Notes under the pieces: model-generated | The model's database searches: none | What the model was told of the DNA's origin: nothing | What the model saw: the letters and a program-made list of their open reading frames with translations, nothing else | Source: Candidatus Micrarchaeia archaeon | Lineage (GTDB): Archaea > Micrarchaeota > Micrarchaeia > Norongarragalinales > CAINOH01 | DNA: 28,567 nucleotides | Assembly: GCA_041652355.1 (NCBI GenBank) | Contig: JBAZHM010000001.1 | Coordinates: 1-28,567, forward strand | Reading direction: 5' to 3' | Program-made: the position numbers and the translations under genes | Shown: positions 1-7,976 of the stretch, piece by piece | Position numbering within the stretch: position 1 is the stretch's first letter | Layout of the letters: each line of letters begins with the position of its first letter

Positions 1-3000
1 GCGATGCCGGAGAGTAGGATAGCCAGTCGGTGCTTGAGTCCAGCTGGTAGTTTACAAGCAGGTTGGTTGAAAGGTCGTTGTACACGTGGATGCTTGTAGA
101 GGTTTCCGTCTGCGCGCCAAGTGAAAGCGTAAGCTCAGCCGAGTCTTCCTGCACACCCCAAAACTCATCCAGGGGCGATTGCAAGAAAGCGGATTTGACA
201 GTAAACGGAATCGTGATTTTTTGCTTTGAGCTTCCCACGCGGCCCTCTATGATGAGCTTTCCTGTGAAATTTTCAGAAAGCGTGCGGGTTGATTTTGCAA
301 CATCAAGCACTGATTCTGAAATCCATGTATCAAATGTCACTTCCTTTGAAGCCAACGGGTCGAGGCTAAACTCGGATGTTGAAAGCAGCGTGCTGGTGAT
401 TTTTGGCGACTTGTCAAGCACAATTGCAGCAGCAACTTTAACAGCATTGCCAAGCTTGTTTTGGACAGTAAATGAATCAGTGTTGCCTTCCTTTGATTCC
501 ACAAGTATGCTTATGCCAGTCGACGGGTCGACTTCAAGAATTGTTTTTGCATTTGCAGCCAGCGAACCATAGTAGGTTGCGTATCCGGTAGCGGTAATTG
601 CATATTCTACTCTGCCTACCTTTCCGGGGTTGACATTCTCAAGCAGGTATTTTCCTGCTTTTCCTGCGTTTTCCTCCCCGGTGCCATCTAAAGAGTATGT
701 AGCGTCCCCGAACAAGTCGTTCTTTGTGCCTACGATTATGTGCGCATTTGACAGGGGAGTGTCATATGCGTCAGTCACCAAAAACATGAGCTTGTTGTCA
801 ACAAGGGCGGAAAGAACCGAAGGCAACGTGCCCACCTTTAGCTCGTTGTTGGAACTTGCAATGACTCTTCCGGAAACTTCAAGCTCGCTGACCTGTTCAC
901 CCTGGTAATCAACTGCAATTTTGAACGCGAGCACATCAGTTACGCGCAGCGCCTTGACTTTGAACTCTGAGTCGACGTTGCCAGAAGGGATTTCCACAAC
1001 TGCCAGCTGGCCGTCCTTGTCTTCAGTTACTGACGCACTGCCAGATGGAGACGTGCCGGAAAGAATTTTTGCAGCAGTCAGCGATTCTGAAGACAGGCGC
1101 AGCTCATACGGCCCGCCTGTTGAAATGGACTTGACGAATATTGTGAACTCCTCCGGGACTGCAACCTCGAAATTCCTGGCATACTCACCACGCGAAGAAA
1201 CTACGTGCGCCTCAAGGCACAGTTCTTCCGAGCAAATTCCGCCAAAAGAAATTGAGTACTTGGTCTTGTTTACTGCAGCAAGGTTGTCTTGGCCTGCGCG
1301 GACAGAATCATCAGCCGGGTCGCGCAGCGTGCCGTTTGAAGTTGAGTATGCAGTGCGGAACCCAAAAAGCGCAGTCCCGTTCTTTACCTGCCGGGTTGTC
1401 ACTTGCACAGTTGCCTCGCGGGTCCCTGCAAATGACGGCAATGAAAATGACACCCACTTATATTCTATTGAATTTGCAATCGTGTCAAATTCGCCTTCTG
1501 CTGAATCGAAAGTGGAATTTGCGCCAGAATCGGAACCGTATGCAGAACCGCCCGAAGTTGATGCGTCCGAACCTGCGTCAAACCCGGAAATGAACGCGTC
1601 AAGCCCCGACACGTCGCCGGTTTCTCCTCCAAGCCGCACATGAAGCAATGCCTGTGAAAACTTCAAATCCGGAGCATTGAGCAGGAATTTTGCATTGTAA
1701 GCAGTTGAAGGCTCAAGCGAAGACACCCTGTTGCCTTCCAAATCATACATCCCAAGGTAAACTGCGCGCACGTTTTCTGCAACCGAATTGGACAGAAGCT
1801 CGACTAAAACTTCTTTTTCATAATTTGGAACGACCTGCACTTGGGAGGACGAATAGCTTGAGTACCCTTGTGCGTAAACTTTGTAGCGTCCCCAGCCTTC
1901 CAAAAGCTCAACAGTGCAAACGCCAGAGGAAGTTGAGCACGATGCTGAATCAGAAGTGGATGCATCAATCTCTGCGCCATCTATCAGCCTTCGTGAAAAC
2001 CGGTCAATAACCCGGAACTTGAGCGTGCCTTTGGCCGGGACGAGCGTGACGCTTAAAGTAGTGTAATTAACGCCAGCCTCACCGTTTGCAGCCACGTCTT
2101 TCGTGTCAGAAAATCCAGAGCGGCTTTTATATGAAGCCGTTGCGTGGGTCAAACCAAGCGGCACGTCCGAAAACTCAACAAGCCCGTCTGAGCCGGTTGT
2201 GCTTTCAGAAAGGCCAAGAGGGCCGTCTGAGCCAAAAAGGGAAACCGCAGAACCTGAAAGCAGGCCGCCAATCTCATCAACAACCTTGACTTTTACTACT
2301 GCGGAATTGTCCTTGAGCGACCGTTTAAGGACCATGGAACAGTCGGTGCCTTTTTGCACAAACATGCCTGCTGGAATGTAAGAGGGCTTGTATGCAGTAA
2401 CCCAAAGCGACTCGTCTTCGGTTATTGAAAATGACACGTTGCCGTCCGAACCGGTTTTTTGCGGCGTGACATACTTTTTGTTGTCTTTGTATATGTTGAA
2501 CGTAGCCTGTGTAATCTTGTTCCCAGCTTCGTCGATTATACGGCAGGACATCTTTGACTTGCCATCCGCGCCTATTTTTGCAAGCGTGATTTTTGGAGTG
2601 GGAGAAGATGAACTGACAACATAGTCAAGCACGCCATCCTCATAGCCAGAAAGACTGGCTATAAAACGCAACTTTGCGCCTTTGTCAAGCAGGAGCTTTA
2701 CTACGCCTTCGGAAGTGCACATGAATTTACGGACAAGCGTGTTTGCAGGCATTGCATACATTTGGATTTGCGCATCAGCAAGCGACACGTTCCCGGAAGC
2801 TGAAAGCAAAACCTGCAAATTTACTTCAACGCTATTTTCTGCAGCATTGGGAAAAAGAGTCAGAGTAATTGGCTCGGGATTTGCAGCGCCAATGCGTATT
2901 GTGGTCTCATTTGGAGTGTACCCGTCAAGATAAGCAAGAATAGTGTAATTTCTGGACATTGGAAGGGAGAAGGTAACCGAAGTGCCGGTCTTCATGCCAT

Positions 3001-3550
3001 AAGAGTTCTTCGAAGGGTCAGTAATTGAAATCGACGGGTTTCCTGAACCGCTTGCCAGCGCCACTTTGACAATAACCGACGCATTCACATCAACGGGCTT
3101 TGCCTCGAGCTTGATTTCTTGCAAAACCGGAGCCTGACCAACCGTGATGGCTAAAGAGTTGGGCTTGTAATTTGCAGATGATACCGACACGTTGTATTTC
3201 CCAAGCGGGACGTTATAAAACCGGGCAAGCCCCCTCTCATTGGTCGAGTTAAATTTCGAGTTCGCCTCAATCGAGCTGGAGAGTTGCACATTTGCATTGT
3301 CAACCGCAAGGCCATCCGAACCGGTGACAGTGATAGTAACCGTCGCAGTCTGTGCAGGAAGGTTCGTAAAAACAAGAAAGCCGATGCCGCAAAGCACAAC
3401 AATCAAAAGGCCAAGAAAGAACGGCGCTGGCGGGATTCCCTTCTCCTCAAGCGCATCGGACGTGCCGCGGATGGGCAGGCCTTTCTCATCACTCCAGTCC
3501 AGAAACTCCTGCCACTTGGAAGAAAGACCCTCAAGGAAGTCGTCGAACAT
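1..3550 (-). CDS. Giant membrane-anchored surface protein, paralog C (partial, >1183 aa; 3' end outside window); Ig-like/carboxypeptidase-regulatory-like repeats
   Basis: My translation from ATG at 3550 stays open to position 2: MFDDFLEGLSSKWQEFLDWSDEKGLPIRGTSDALEEKGIPPAPFFLGLLIVVLCGIGFLVF (TM) then beta-rich repeats. Its central block (YLGMYD..AYNAKFLLNAP..VRLG..YKWVSF..GTREATV..CSEELCL) aligns by eye with giants A and B. 13 N-x-S/T sequons. Absent from the ORF track, probably because it has no stop in the window. Confidence 0.9.
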   Translation of the reverse strand, partial: MFDDFLEGLSSKWQEFLDWSDEKGLPIRGTSDALEEKGIPPAPFFLGLLIVVLCGIGFLVFTNLPAQTATVTITVTGSDGLAVDNANVQLSSSIEANSKFNSTNERGLARFYNVPLGKYNVSVSSANYKPNSLAITVGQAPVLQEIKLEAKPVDVNASVIVKVALASGSGNPSISITDPSKNSYGMKTGTSVTFSLPMSRNYTILAYLDGYTPNETTIRIGAANPEPITLTLFPNAAENSVEVNLQVLLSASGNVSLADAQIQMYAMPANTLVRKFMCTSEGVVKLLLDKGAKLRFIASLSGYEDGVLDYVVSSSSPTPKITLAKIGADGKSKMSCRIIDEAGNKITQATFNIYKDNKKYVTPQKTGSDGNVSFSITEDESLWVTAYKPSYIPAGMFVQKGTDCSMVLKRSLKDNSAVVKVKVVDEIGGLLSGSAVSLFGSDGPLGLSESTTGSDGLVEFSDVPLGLTHATASYKSRSGFSDTKDVAANGEAGVNYTTLSVTLVPAKGTLKFRVIDRFSRRLIDGAEIDASTSDSASCSTSSGVCTVELLEGWGRYKVYAQGYSSYSSSQVQVVPNYEKEVLVELLSNSVAENVRAVYLGMYDLEGNRVSSLEPSTAYNAKFLLNAPDLKFSQALLHVRLGGETGDVSGLDAFISGFDAGSDASTSGGSAYGSDSGANSTFDSAEGEFDTIANSIEYKWVSFSLPSFAGTREATVQVTTRQVKNGTALFGFRTAYSTSNGTLRDPADDSVRAGQDNLAAVNKTKYSISFGGICSEELCLEAHVVSSRGEYARNFEVAVPEEFTIFVKSISTGGPYELRLSSESLTAAKILSGTSPSGSASVTEDKDGQLAVVEIPSGNVDSEFKVKALRVTDVLAFKIAVDYQGEQVSELEVSGRVIASSNNELKVGTLPSVLSALVDNKLMFLVTDAYDTPLSNAHIIVGTKNDLFGDATYSLDGTGEENAGKAGKYLLENVNPGKVGRVEYAITATGYATYYGSLAANAKTILEVDPSTGISILVESKEGNTDSFTVQNKLGNAVKVAAAIVLDKSPKITSTLLSTSEFSLDPLASKEVTFDTWISESVLDVAKSTRTLSENFTGKLIIEGRVGSSKQKITIPFTVKSAFLQSPLDEFWGVQEDSAELTLSLGAQTETSTSIHVYNDLSTNLLVNYQLDSSTDWLSYSPAS

Positions 3551-3597
3551 AAATATACGAATTAAATAAGAGCGGAGAGGGTATAAAAAGAATTAGA
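3528..3597. repeat. Diverged direct repeat, copy 1 (start codon and promoter of paralog C)
   Basis: 59 of 71 aligned columns are identical to 4969..5039 (offset 1441; 11 mismatches, 1 gap). Confidence 0.9.
3582..3589 (-). promoter_or_regulatory. Putative TATA box (TTTTTATA) of paralog C
   Basis: About 31 nt upstream of the ATG at 3550. Similar spacing is seen for giants A and B. Confidence 0.55.
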
Positions 3598-4810
3598 GTG
3601 GACCGAAGCCGCCGCCAGGCATAATCTTGTTCTTCTTCAGATATGAATCAAGATTATAGTATGCTATTGCACCGTTGCCTTCGCTCTTTGCCACCAGGAC
3701 CGCCTTTGCTTTCGGGTAGGCTTGGCGGAACTGCTTGATGCCGCGAAAATCATCAGCCGAAGGCGTAACCTTGTACTTTACCTCAAACGCAAAAAATGGC
3801 TCGTCAACGATGAAGTCAACTTCCGCCCGGTTCTTGTAGTTCCAGAAAAACCTTGGCTTCAAAGCCTGTGCTACGGCATTCTCGATTATCTTGGACGTTT
3901 CCGACTTTGCAAAACATGCAAGCGAAGGGTAAACTTTCTTGAGCTTTTTTTCACTTGAAAGCCTATTCGTCGAATAATTATACAGCCGCGCAACAAGAAA
4001 ACCGTACACCAAAAAGTCGGAGTACGCTGAAAGCGTCTTCCTGTCGCGGCCGAGGTCGGACGCAAGAGAAGAGTAGTCCAGGACCATGCCGGGGTTCGCG
4101 CAGATTATGGAAAAAAGCCGGTATAGCAAGGCCGGCTCGTCTATTGGGAACACCTGCGGCAAGTCCTCGAAAATCACCTTGCGCGCGATGGTATCGGCAT
4201 AAGCCTTCGCGTCGATGGTATCGTTGAGCGCAGTCTCAGGAAAGGGCTTTCTTATGTATTCAAGGTATAACCTCTCCCTGCCTGAACTTGCAAGGGGCGA
4301 AACTTTTTTACTTTGGAAGTCCAAGAATTCCGAAAAGCTCAATTCGGGGAGAAAGAACTCGTTTATGCGGCCCGCCAAGCCTTCGCCGGACTTTCGCAAG
4401 AGAGCAGAATTTGAACCCGAGAGAACTATGCGTGCCTTGGAAGTATCGTAAAGTTTTTTGACCTTCGCCTGCCAGTCCGGCACGTTCTGAATTTCGTCAA
4501 GGTAAATGCTACTGCCTTTACCAATCGGCTTCTGCGAAACCTTCTCATACTCGGCGATGATCTGCCAGAAATCGTCGACCTGCTCGTCAAACGAGTAGAG
4601 GAAAATGGACTCACGCTTTACGCCCTTTGCTAACTGGCTGTTTATGAGCTGGCGAAGAAGCGTTGATTTTCCCACCCTGCGCAGGCCGTAAACCGCAGTG
4701 ATCAGTCCCGACTTGGCCGATCGCTCAAGCTCCGGAAAGATACTGCGCTGCTTTTCATACGGGTAGGCAAAACCATCCTCCCAATGCCTGTTCTCCCGCT
4801 CAAGCTCCAT
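3593..4810 (-). CDS. ATP-binding protein, AAA_14 ATPase + winged HTH + DUF4143 (COG1373-like), 405 aa
   Basis: Walker A GLRRVGKST, Walker B IYLDEIQ, SGS..LAGR, LSFSEF, HTH-like DYSSLASDLGRDRKTLSAY, C-terminal EVDF..FEVK (PD-(D/E)xK-like). ATG at 4810 is preferred to TTG at 4825 because a TATA box lies 21 nt upstream of it. Confidence 0.9.
   Translation of the reverse strand: MELERENRHWEDGFAYPYEKQRSIFPELERSAKSGLITAVYGLRRVGKSTLLRQLINSQLAKGVKRESIFLYSFDEQVDDFWQIIAEYEKVSQKPIGKGSSIYLDEIQNVPDWQAKVKKLYDTSKARIVLSGSNSALLRKSGEGLAGRINEFFLPELSFSEFLDFQSKKVSPLASSGRERLYLEYIRKPFPETALNDTIDAKAYADTIARKVIFEDLPQVFPIDEPALLYRLFSIICANPGMVLDYSSLASDLGRDRKTLSAYSDFLVYGFLVARLYNYSTNRLSSEKKLKKVYPSLACFAKSETSKIIENAVAQALKPRFFWNYKNRAEVDFIVDEPFFAFEVKYKVTPSADDFRGIKQFRQAYPKAKAVLVAKSEGNGAIAYYNLDSYLKKNKIMPGGGFGPL
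3597..3621 (+). other. Possible degenerate tRNA 3'-end remnant (T-arm, acceptor strand, discriminator)
   Basis: AGTGG-ACCGAAG-CCGCC-GCCAGGC-A has the 5/7/5/7/1 geometry of a tRNA 3' end, but the loop matches TTCGAAT at only 4/7. Confidence 0.2.
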
Positions 4811-4831
4811 AAGGGATTCTTGCAACCGAAC

Positions 4832-4839
4832 TTAATAAA
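4832..4839 (-). promoter_or_regulatory. Putative TATA box (TTTATTAA) of the ATPase gene
   Basis: 21 nt upstream of the ATG at 4810 and preceded by CCAAAG (BRE-like). Spacing fits a leaderless archaeal transcript. Confidence 0.55.
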
Positions 4840-4851
4840 GCTTTGGAAAAT

Positions 4852-4912
4852 ATGGGTATCAACATGGTCATGTTTTCCACTTTCATGGGTATTTGGATGA
4901 CCATGTTTTCCA
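4852..4912. repeat. Imperfect tandem repeat, two 28-bp units at 33-bp period, upstream of the ATPase promoter
   Basis: atgggtatcaacatggtcatgttttcca (4852-4879) vs atgggtatttggatgaccatgttttcca (4885-4912), 22/28 identical. tggaaaatatg (4844-4854) forms a 10/11 inverted repeat with catgttttcca (4869-4879). Confidence 0.75.
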
Positions 4913-4936
4913 GAGCGCGTCTGAGCGCCGCAAACG

Positions 4937-4991
4937 GTCAAAGACACGCAGCCTACCTTGCGGTTAGCCCCTCAAAGAAGTCATCGAGCAT
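4937..4991 (-). pseudogene. Relic 5' end of a paralog-C-like gene
   Basis: ATG at 4991 reads MLDDFFEGLTAR* versus MFDDFLEGLSSKW of paralog C. The Trp codon TGG is replaced by TAG (4953-4955). Weak similarity continues about 5 more codons. Confidence 0.8.
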
Positions 4992-5039
4992 AAAAATACG
5001 AATGAAGCAAGCGCGGAGAAGGAAAGAAAAAGAATTAGA
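4969..5039. repeat. Diverged direct repeat, copy 2 (relic start and decayed promoter)
   Basis: Matches 3528..3597 at 59/71. The TTTTTATA box of copy 1 reads TTTTTCTTT here. Confidence 0.9.
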
Positions 5040-5053
5040 ATTAGACTGCGGAA

Positions 5054-5090
5054 GAAAACAAGGAAAAAAGAGGGAAAAAGAAAGGGAATT
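5054..5090 (-). terminator. Putative U-rich archaeal terminator of the 856-aa gene
   Basis: Polypyrimidine run with T5-T6 tracts on the minus strand just after the TAA at 5109. Closely similar to 7943..7975. Confidence 0.5.
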
Positions 5091-5108
5091 GACCAAAAAT
5101 CTTAACGG

Positions 5109-7679
5109 CTATTTTCCGGCCAAGACTTCGCTGGTTGCATCGGTCTGTAACAATTCAATGTTATTTTCGTTATTGACCATATAGACAAGTTTATGCACCT
5201 TTACTTCTTTTCCTCCTCTGGTCGTAATGTACATATCAGGCAACGTGTCGCCCGAACCCAAGCCCATGAGCATTAGAAGATTGCTCATTTTTACGTTGGT
5301 TAAGACGTTCTTTGAATCTGACTCAATCTTGAGGGCATTCTTAAGGTTCTTCAATTCTGAAAGAGCCGCGTTGATGTCCGAAGAAATTTCGTCGTCCGTT
5401 GCGGCTATGGCAAAACTTGAAGGCGTTCCGGACTTAAGGACGTTCGAACAAGCGGTAGTATCACATAACTTAAAGTTCACGCTGTACGACTCAAGTAAAC
5501 TGAAATCAGTTTGCGCTTCAAGATCCATGAAAGCAAATCGCTTTGGAGAGTCAATTGACGTTTCATCAGTATCTAATTTTACGTTCACTTTTGTTGAGTC
5601 CTGATAAAGAATATTGTTGAAAACATACAGACCATACGTTCCGCCTGATTCTGGGGTATACTTTTCAGAAGTATCATCCTCAAACGCCAGCAATTTCTTG
5701 GAATTATCAGCAGACGCATACGCTAGTGCCGCTCCAAAAGTATACTTCTTGGTGTCTACTACATTCGGAACTACCATTATATTGACGCCCTTAAAGCTCA
5801 GACCGGTTGTAATTGACCCGGTTGGCAATCGAGAGTCTAATGAGTTTTCAACAGCAATGACACTATTTATCCCTGACGCAGGATAAGTCACAAAAAAGTA
5901 CCGCACCTCGTTATGCGCAATTTCTGAAAAAGGATTATCGATTTGAACTTTTTCAAATTCGGAGGTCTGCACATTCAAACGATAAAGGCTGACTCCAGTT
6001 AAAATGGGTTTCAAAAGACTATTCGGGCTTGAAGCTTGGTTCTCGATACTAAGCAAAAAGCCCGACACGGGAATAATGGAGGATACAGCTAGGTTGACGG
6101 GGATGATTTGGAAATTTGATTTATCATCAATATTACTTATTGATTTTACTTCCTGCTCAACTTTGTTCTTGGAATCCCAATAATACAAGCCAGAATTTTT
6201 GACTATAAGACGGACAGTCTTGTCTGAAAAAACCGGGTCGGTATTCTTGCATGAAGTCTTGTCATTGCAGATTCCTGTTGACCAGCAGTATTGCGCAACG
6301 CACTTGCCTTCAGCGTTGCAGACCTTGCCACCTATGCAATAATCATCATTCTCTATGCAAGAAGTAGCTGATGACAACACGTCAGACCGCGACTTGCTTG
6401 AACAGAAAGGCAGCCTGTTGGCATTGTCATTGCGCACATCAGAGCCAGTAGTTATGCTGACGCAATACGGGGCGCTTTCGGGGCATCCGTTGTTGCTTGT
6501 TTTTGAAGAGTCGCAGACACAAGTGCTCTCAATGCTGCACACCTGCCCTACAATCGCACAACTTGCATCCGTCTTGCACGGGGTGTTCGCAAAACCGCTC
6601 TCGCCCTCCGGATTGACACACTGCGGCTTAACTATCCCACCGATTTGAGGCTTCAGCGCGCTTACAGGAACGCAAACTTCCTTCCCTTGGCAATAATCGT
6701 TTGCAAGGGCAACCTCGGAAACCTCACAGATTCCGCTGATGCAGTTTCCACTTACACAGGGATTGCCAGTAGCCTCGCTTCGATCAGGGTTAGCCACGCC
6801 ATCAGAACAAGTTTCATAGTTTCTTGGCATACACGTTCCTGACACGAACATATCAGCTTGGTCACACGAAGGCTGGGCATCTTCATTGTCCGAGCATATA
6901 CCCACCATGGTCTTAAAATTGATGACACAATATTTGGCGCCTTTCGGGCAACCGTTTTCGTTTATCTCACCGTCGATGTTACAGGAGCAAACTTTGTAAT
7001 TCAAGTTGCCCAACAATGGTCGGCAAACTTGCCCGCGTCCTACATCCCTAACGCACATTTGGTCCATGGAAAGACCTCCTTCCGAGTAGCATTGCGTTAA
7101 TGCAGTCGCCGATACGGCTTTAGTCCTGCAAACTCCAGCCTCGTCACAAACACCATCTCCACACACTCCGTTTATTGCAAAATCACGTACACAAAATTTC
7201 TGAGTAATGGAAACGCATTCTCCGCTTCCTGACAAAGATGAATATACTTCATTGCCTTTACAATACTTGGAGGGCACCTTGTCGTCCGAACACATGCCAA
7301 CATAAGTTTCTGGATTATACACACAATACTGGTTTTCTGAAGGACAGCCATTGTTAGGGTATTTTGTTCCACCCACATCTATGGAACACTCGCACTTCTT
7401 TTGCTTGGAACACACCCGACCTGCGGGGCAATCGCTGTTAAAAATACATTCTTTATTAGCTGCAAACGGTAAAGGCGCCAAGTCAGTTACCAATTCGGTG
7501 GAAATAGGTGGTTTAACGTCGCCATTCTCAGATGTTAGTGACGTTTGATCATTCGTTTGTTGGGCACCCAAGCTCGGCAACGATTGCGTCTGGCCCCCGT
7601 AATTCGTGGCAAGGAAAGTAGCCACACCTACGATACCAAGAACTGCTAGGACAAGTATTGTTGTAATGCCGCGTGACAC
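5109..7679 (-). CDS. Cys-rich surface/secreted protein (~856 aa), stalk-less relative of giants A/B, with class III (pilin-like) signal-peptide-like N-terminus
   Basis: ORF track 5109..7688. GTG at 7679 is preferred because AGGAG (7689-7693) abuts the TTG but sits 9 nt from the GTG. N-terminus MSRG-ITTILVLAVLGIVGVATFLA; ~400 aa Cys-rich region with three CxC..NGCP modules; C-terminal ~370-aa domain shared with A and B. Confidence 0.85.
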   Translation of the reverse strand: MSRGITTILVLAVLGIVGVATFLATNYGGQTQSLPSLGAQQTNDQTSLTSENGDVKPPISTELVTDLAPLPFAANKECIFNSDCPAGRVCSKQKKCECSIDVGGTKYPNNGCPSENQYCVYNPETYVGMCSDDKVPSKYCKGNEVYSSLSGSGECVSITQKFCVRDFAINGVCGDGVCDEAGVCRTKAVSATALTQCYSEGGLSMDQMCVRDVGRGQVCRPLLGNLNYKVCSCNIDGEINENGCPKGAKYCVINFKTMVGICSDNEDAQPSCDQADMFVSGTCMPRNYETCSDGVANPDRSEATGNPCVSGNCISGICEVSEVALANDYCQGKEVCVPVSALKPQIGGIVKPQCVNPEGESGFANTPCKTDASCAIVGQVCSIESTCVCDSSKTSNNGCPESAPYCVSITTGSDVRNDNANRLPFCSSKSRSDVLSSATSCIENDDYCIGGKVCNAEGKCVAQYCWSTGICNDKTSCKNTDPVFSDKTVRLIVKNSGLYYWDSKNKVEQEVKSISNIDDKSNFQIIPVNLAVSSIIPVSGFLLSIENQASSPNSLLKPILTGVSLYRLNVQTSEFEKVQIDNPFSEIAHNEVRYFFVTYPASGINSVIAVENSLDSRLPTGSITTGLSFKGVNIMVVPNVVDTKKYTFGAALAYASADNSKKLLAFEDDTSEKYTPESGGTYGLYVFNNILYQDSTKVNVKLDTDETSIDSPKRFAFMDLEAQTDFSLLESYSVNFKLCDTTACSNVLKSGTPSSFAIAATDDEISSDINAALSELKNLKNALKIESDSKNVLTNVKMSNLLMLMGLGSGDTLPDMYITTRGGKEVKVHKLVYMVNNENNIELLQTDATSEVLAGK

Positions 7680-7688
7680 GAGAACCAA

Positions 7689-7741
7689 CTCCTACAAGAC
7701 TTTTTGAAGTATTAAGGAGTAATGGAGGAAATGTTTAAAAA
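7689..7741 (-). promoter_or_regulatory. Putative TATA box (TTTTTAAA, 7734-7741) and ribosome-binding site (AGGAG, 7689-7693) of the 856-aa gene
   Basis: TATA about 54 nt and SD 9 nt upstream of GTG 7679, consistent with a leadered transcript. Confidence 0.5.
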
Positions 7742-7942
7742 ACAGAGAAAAAGTGAATGCAACTATTCTGCGCGGATAATTCACCCCAACCGCAAGGATT
7801 TTGCCCGAATAATAGAATGCCCTTCAAGGAAAAGACAAACAGGCACAGTAAAGTCAAAAGAAAAAGCCGAAGGGAATGGATATTCGGATGGGACGATGCA
7901 CGGGAAAAGGGGAGAAAAATAACGGGAGTGAACCCGCTGGGA

Positions 7943-7975
7943 GAAACAGGAAAAAAGGGGAAAAAGAAAGGAAAA
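7943..7975 (-). terminator. Putative U-rich terminator of giant B
   Basis: T5-T6 tracts begin immediately after the TGA at 7977. Confidence 0.55.
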
Positions 7976-7976
7976 A

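Noticed and set aside
63-3569. Plus-strand ORFs (169, 240, 113 aa etc.) and minus-strand ORF 3151..3402 in the ORF track
   Set aside because: Antisense or off-frame shadows of the continuous minus-strand gene starting at 3550. I first suspected a frameshift near 3230, but counting the G5 run shows the frame stays open (NERGLARFYNVPLG).
4852-4912. Possible CRISPR mini-array
   Set aside because: Only two imperfect units separated by 5 bp; no spacers and no cas genes.
3598-4968. IS or transposon call for the ATPase cassette
   Set aside because: No terminal inverted repeats or transposase seen; the flanking repeats are long and diverged, unlike a target-site duplication.
4702-5184. ORFs 4702..4947 (minus, His-rich) and 4843..5184 (plus)
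   Set aside because: Translations of the 33-bp tandem repeat and the purine-rich terminator; they overlap the ATPase promoter and the relic.
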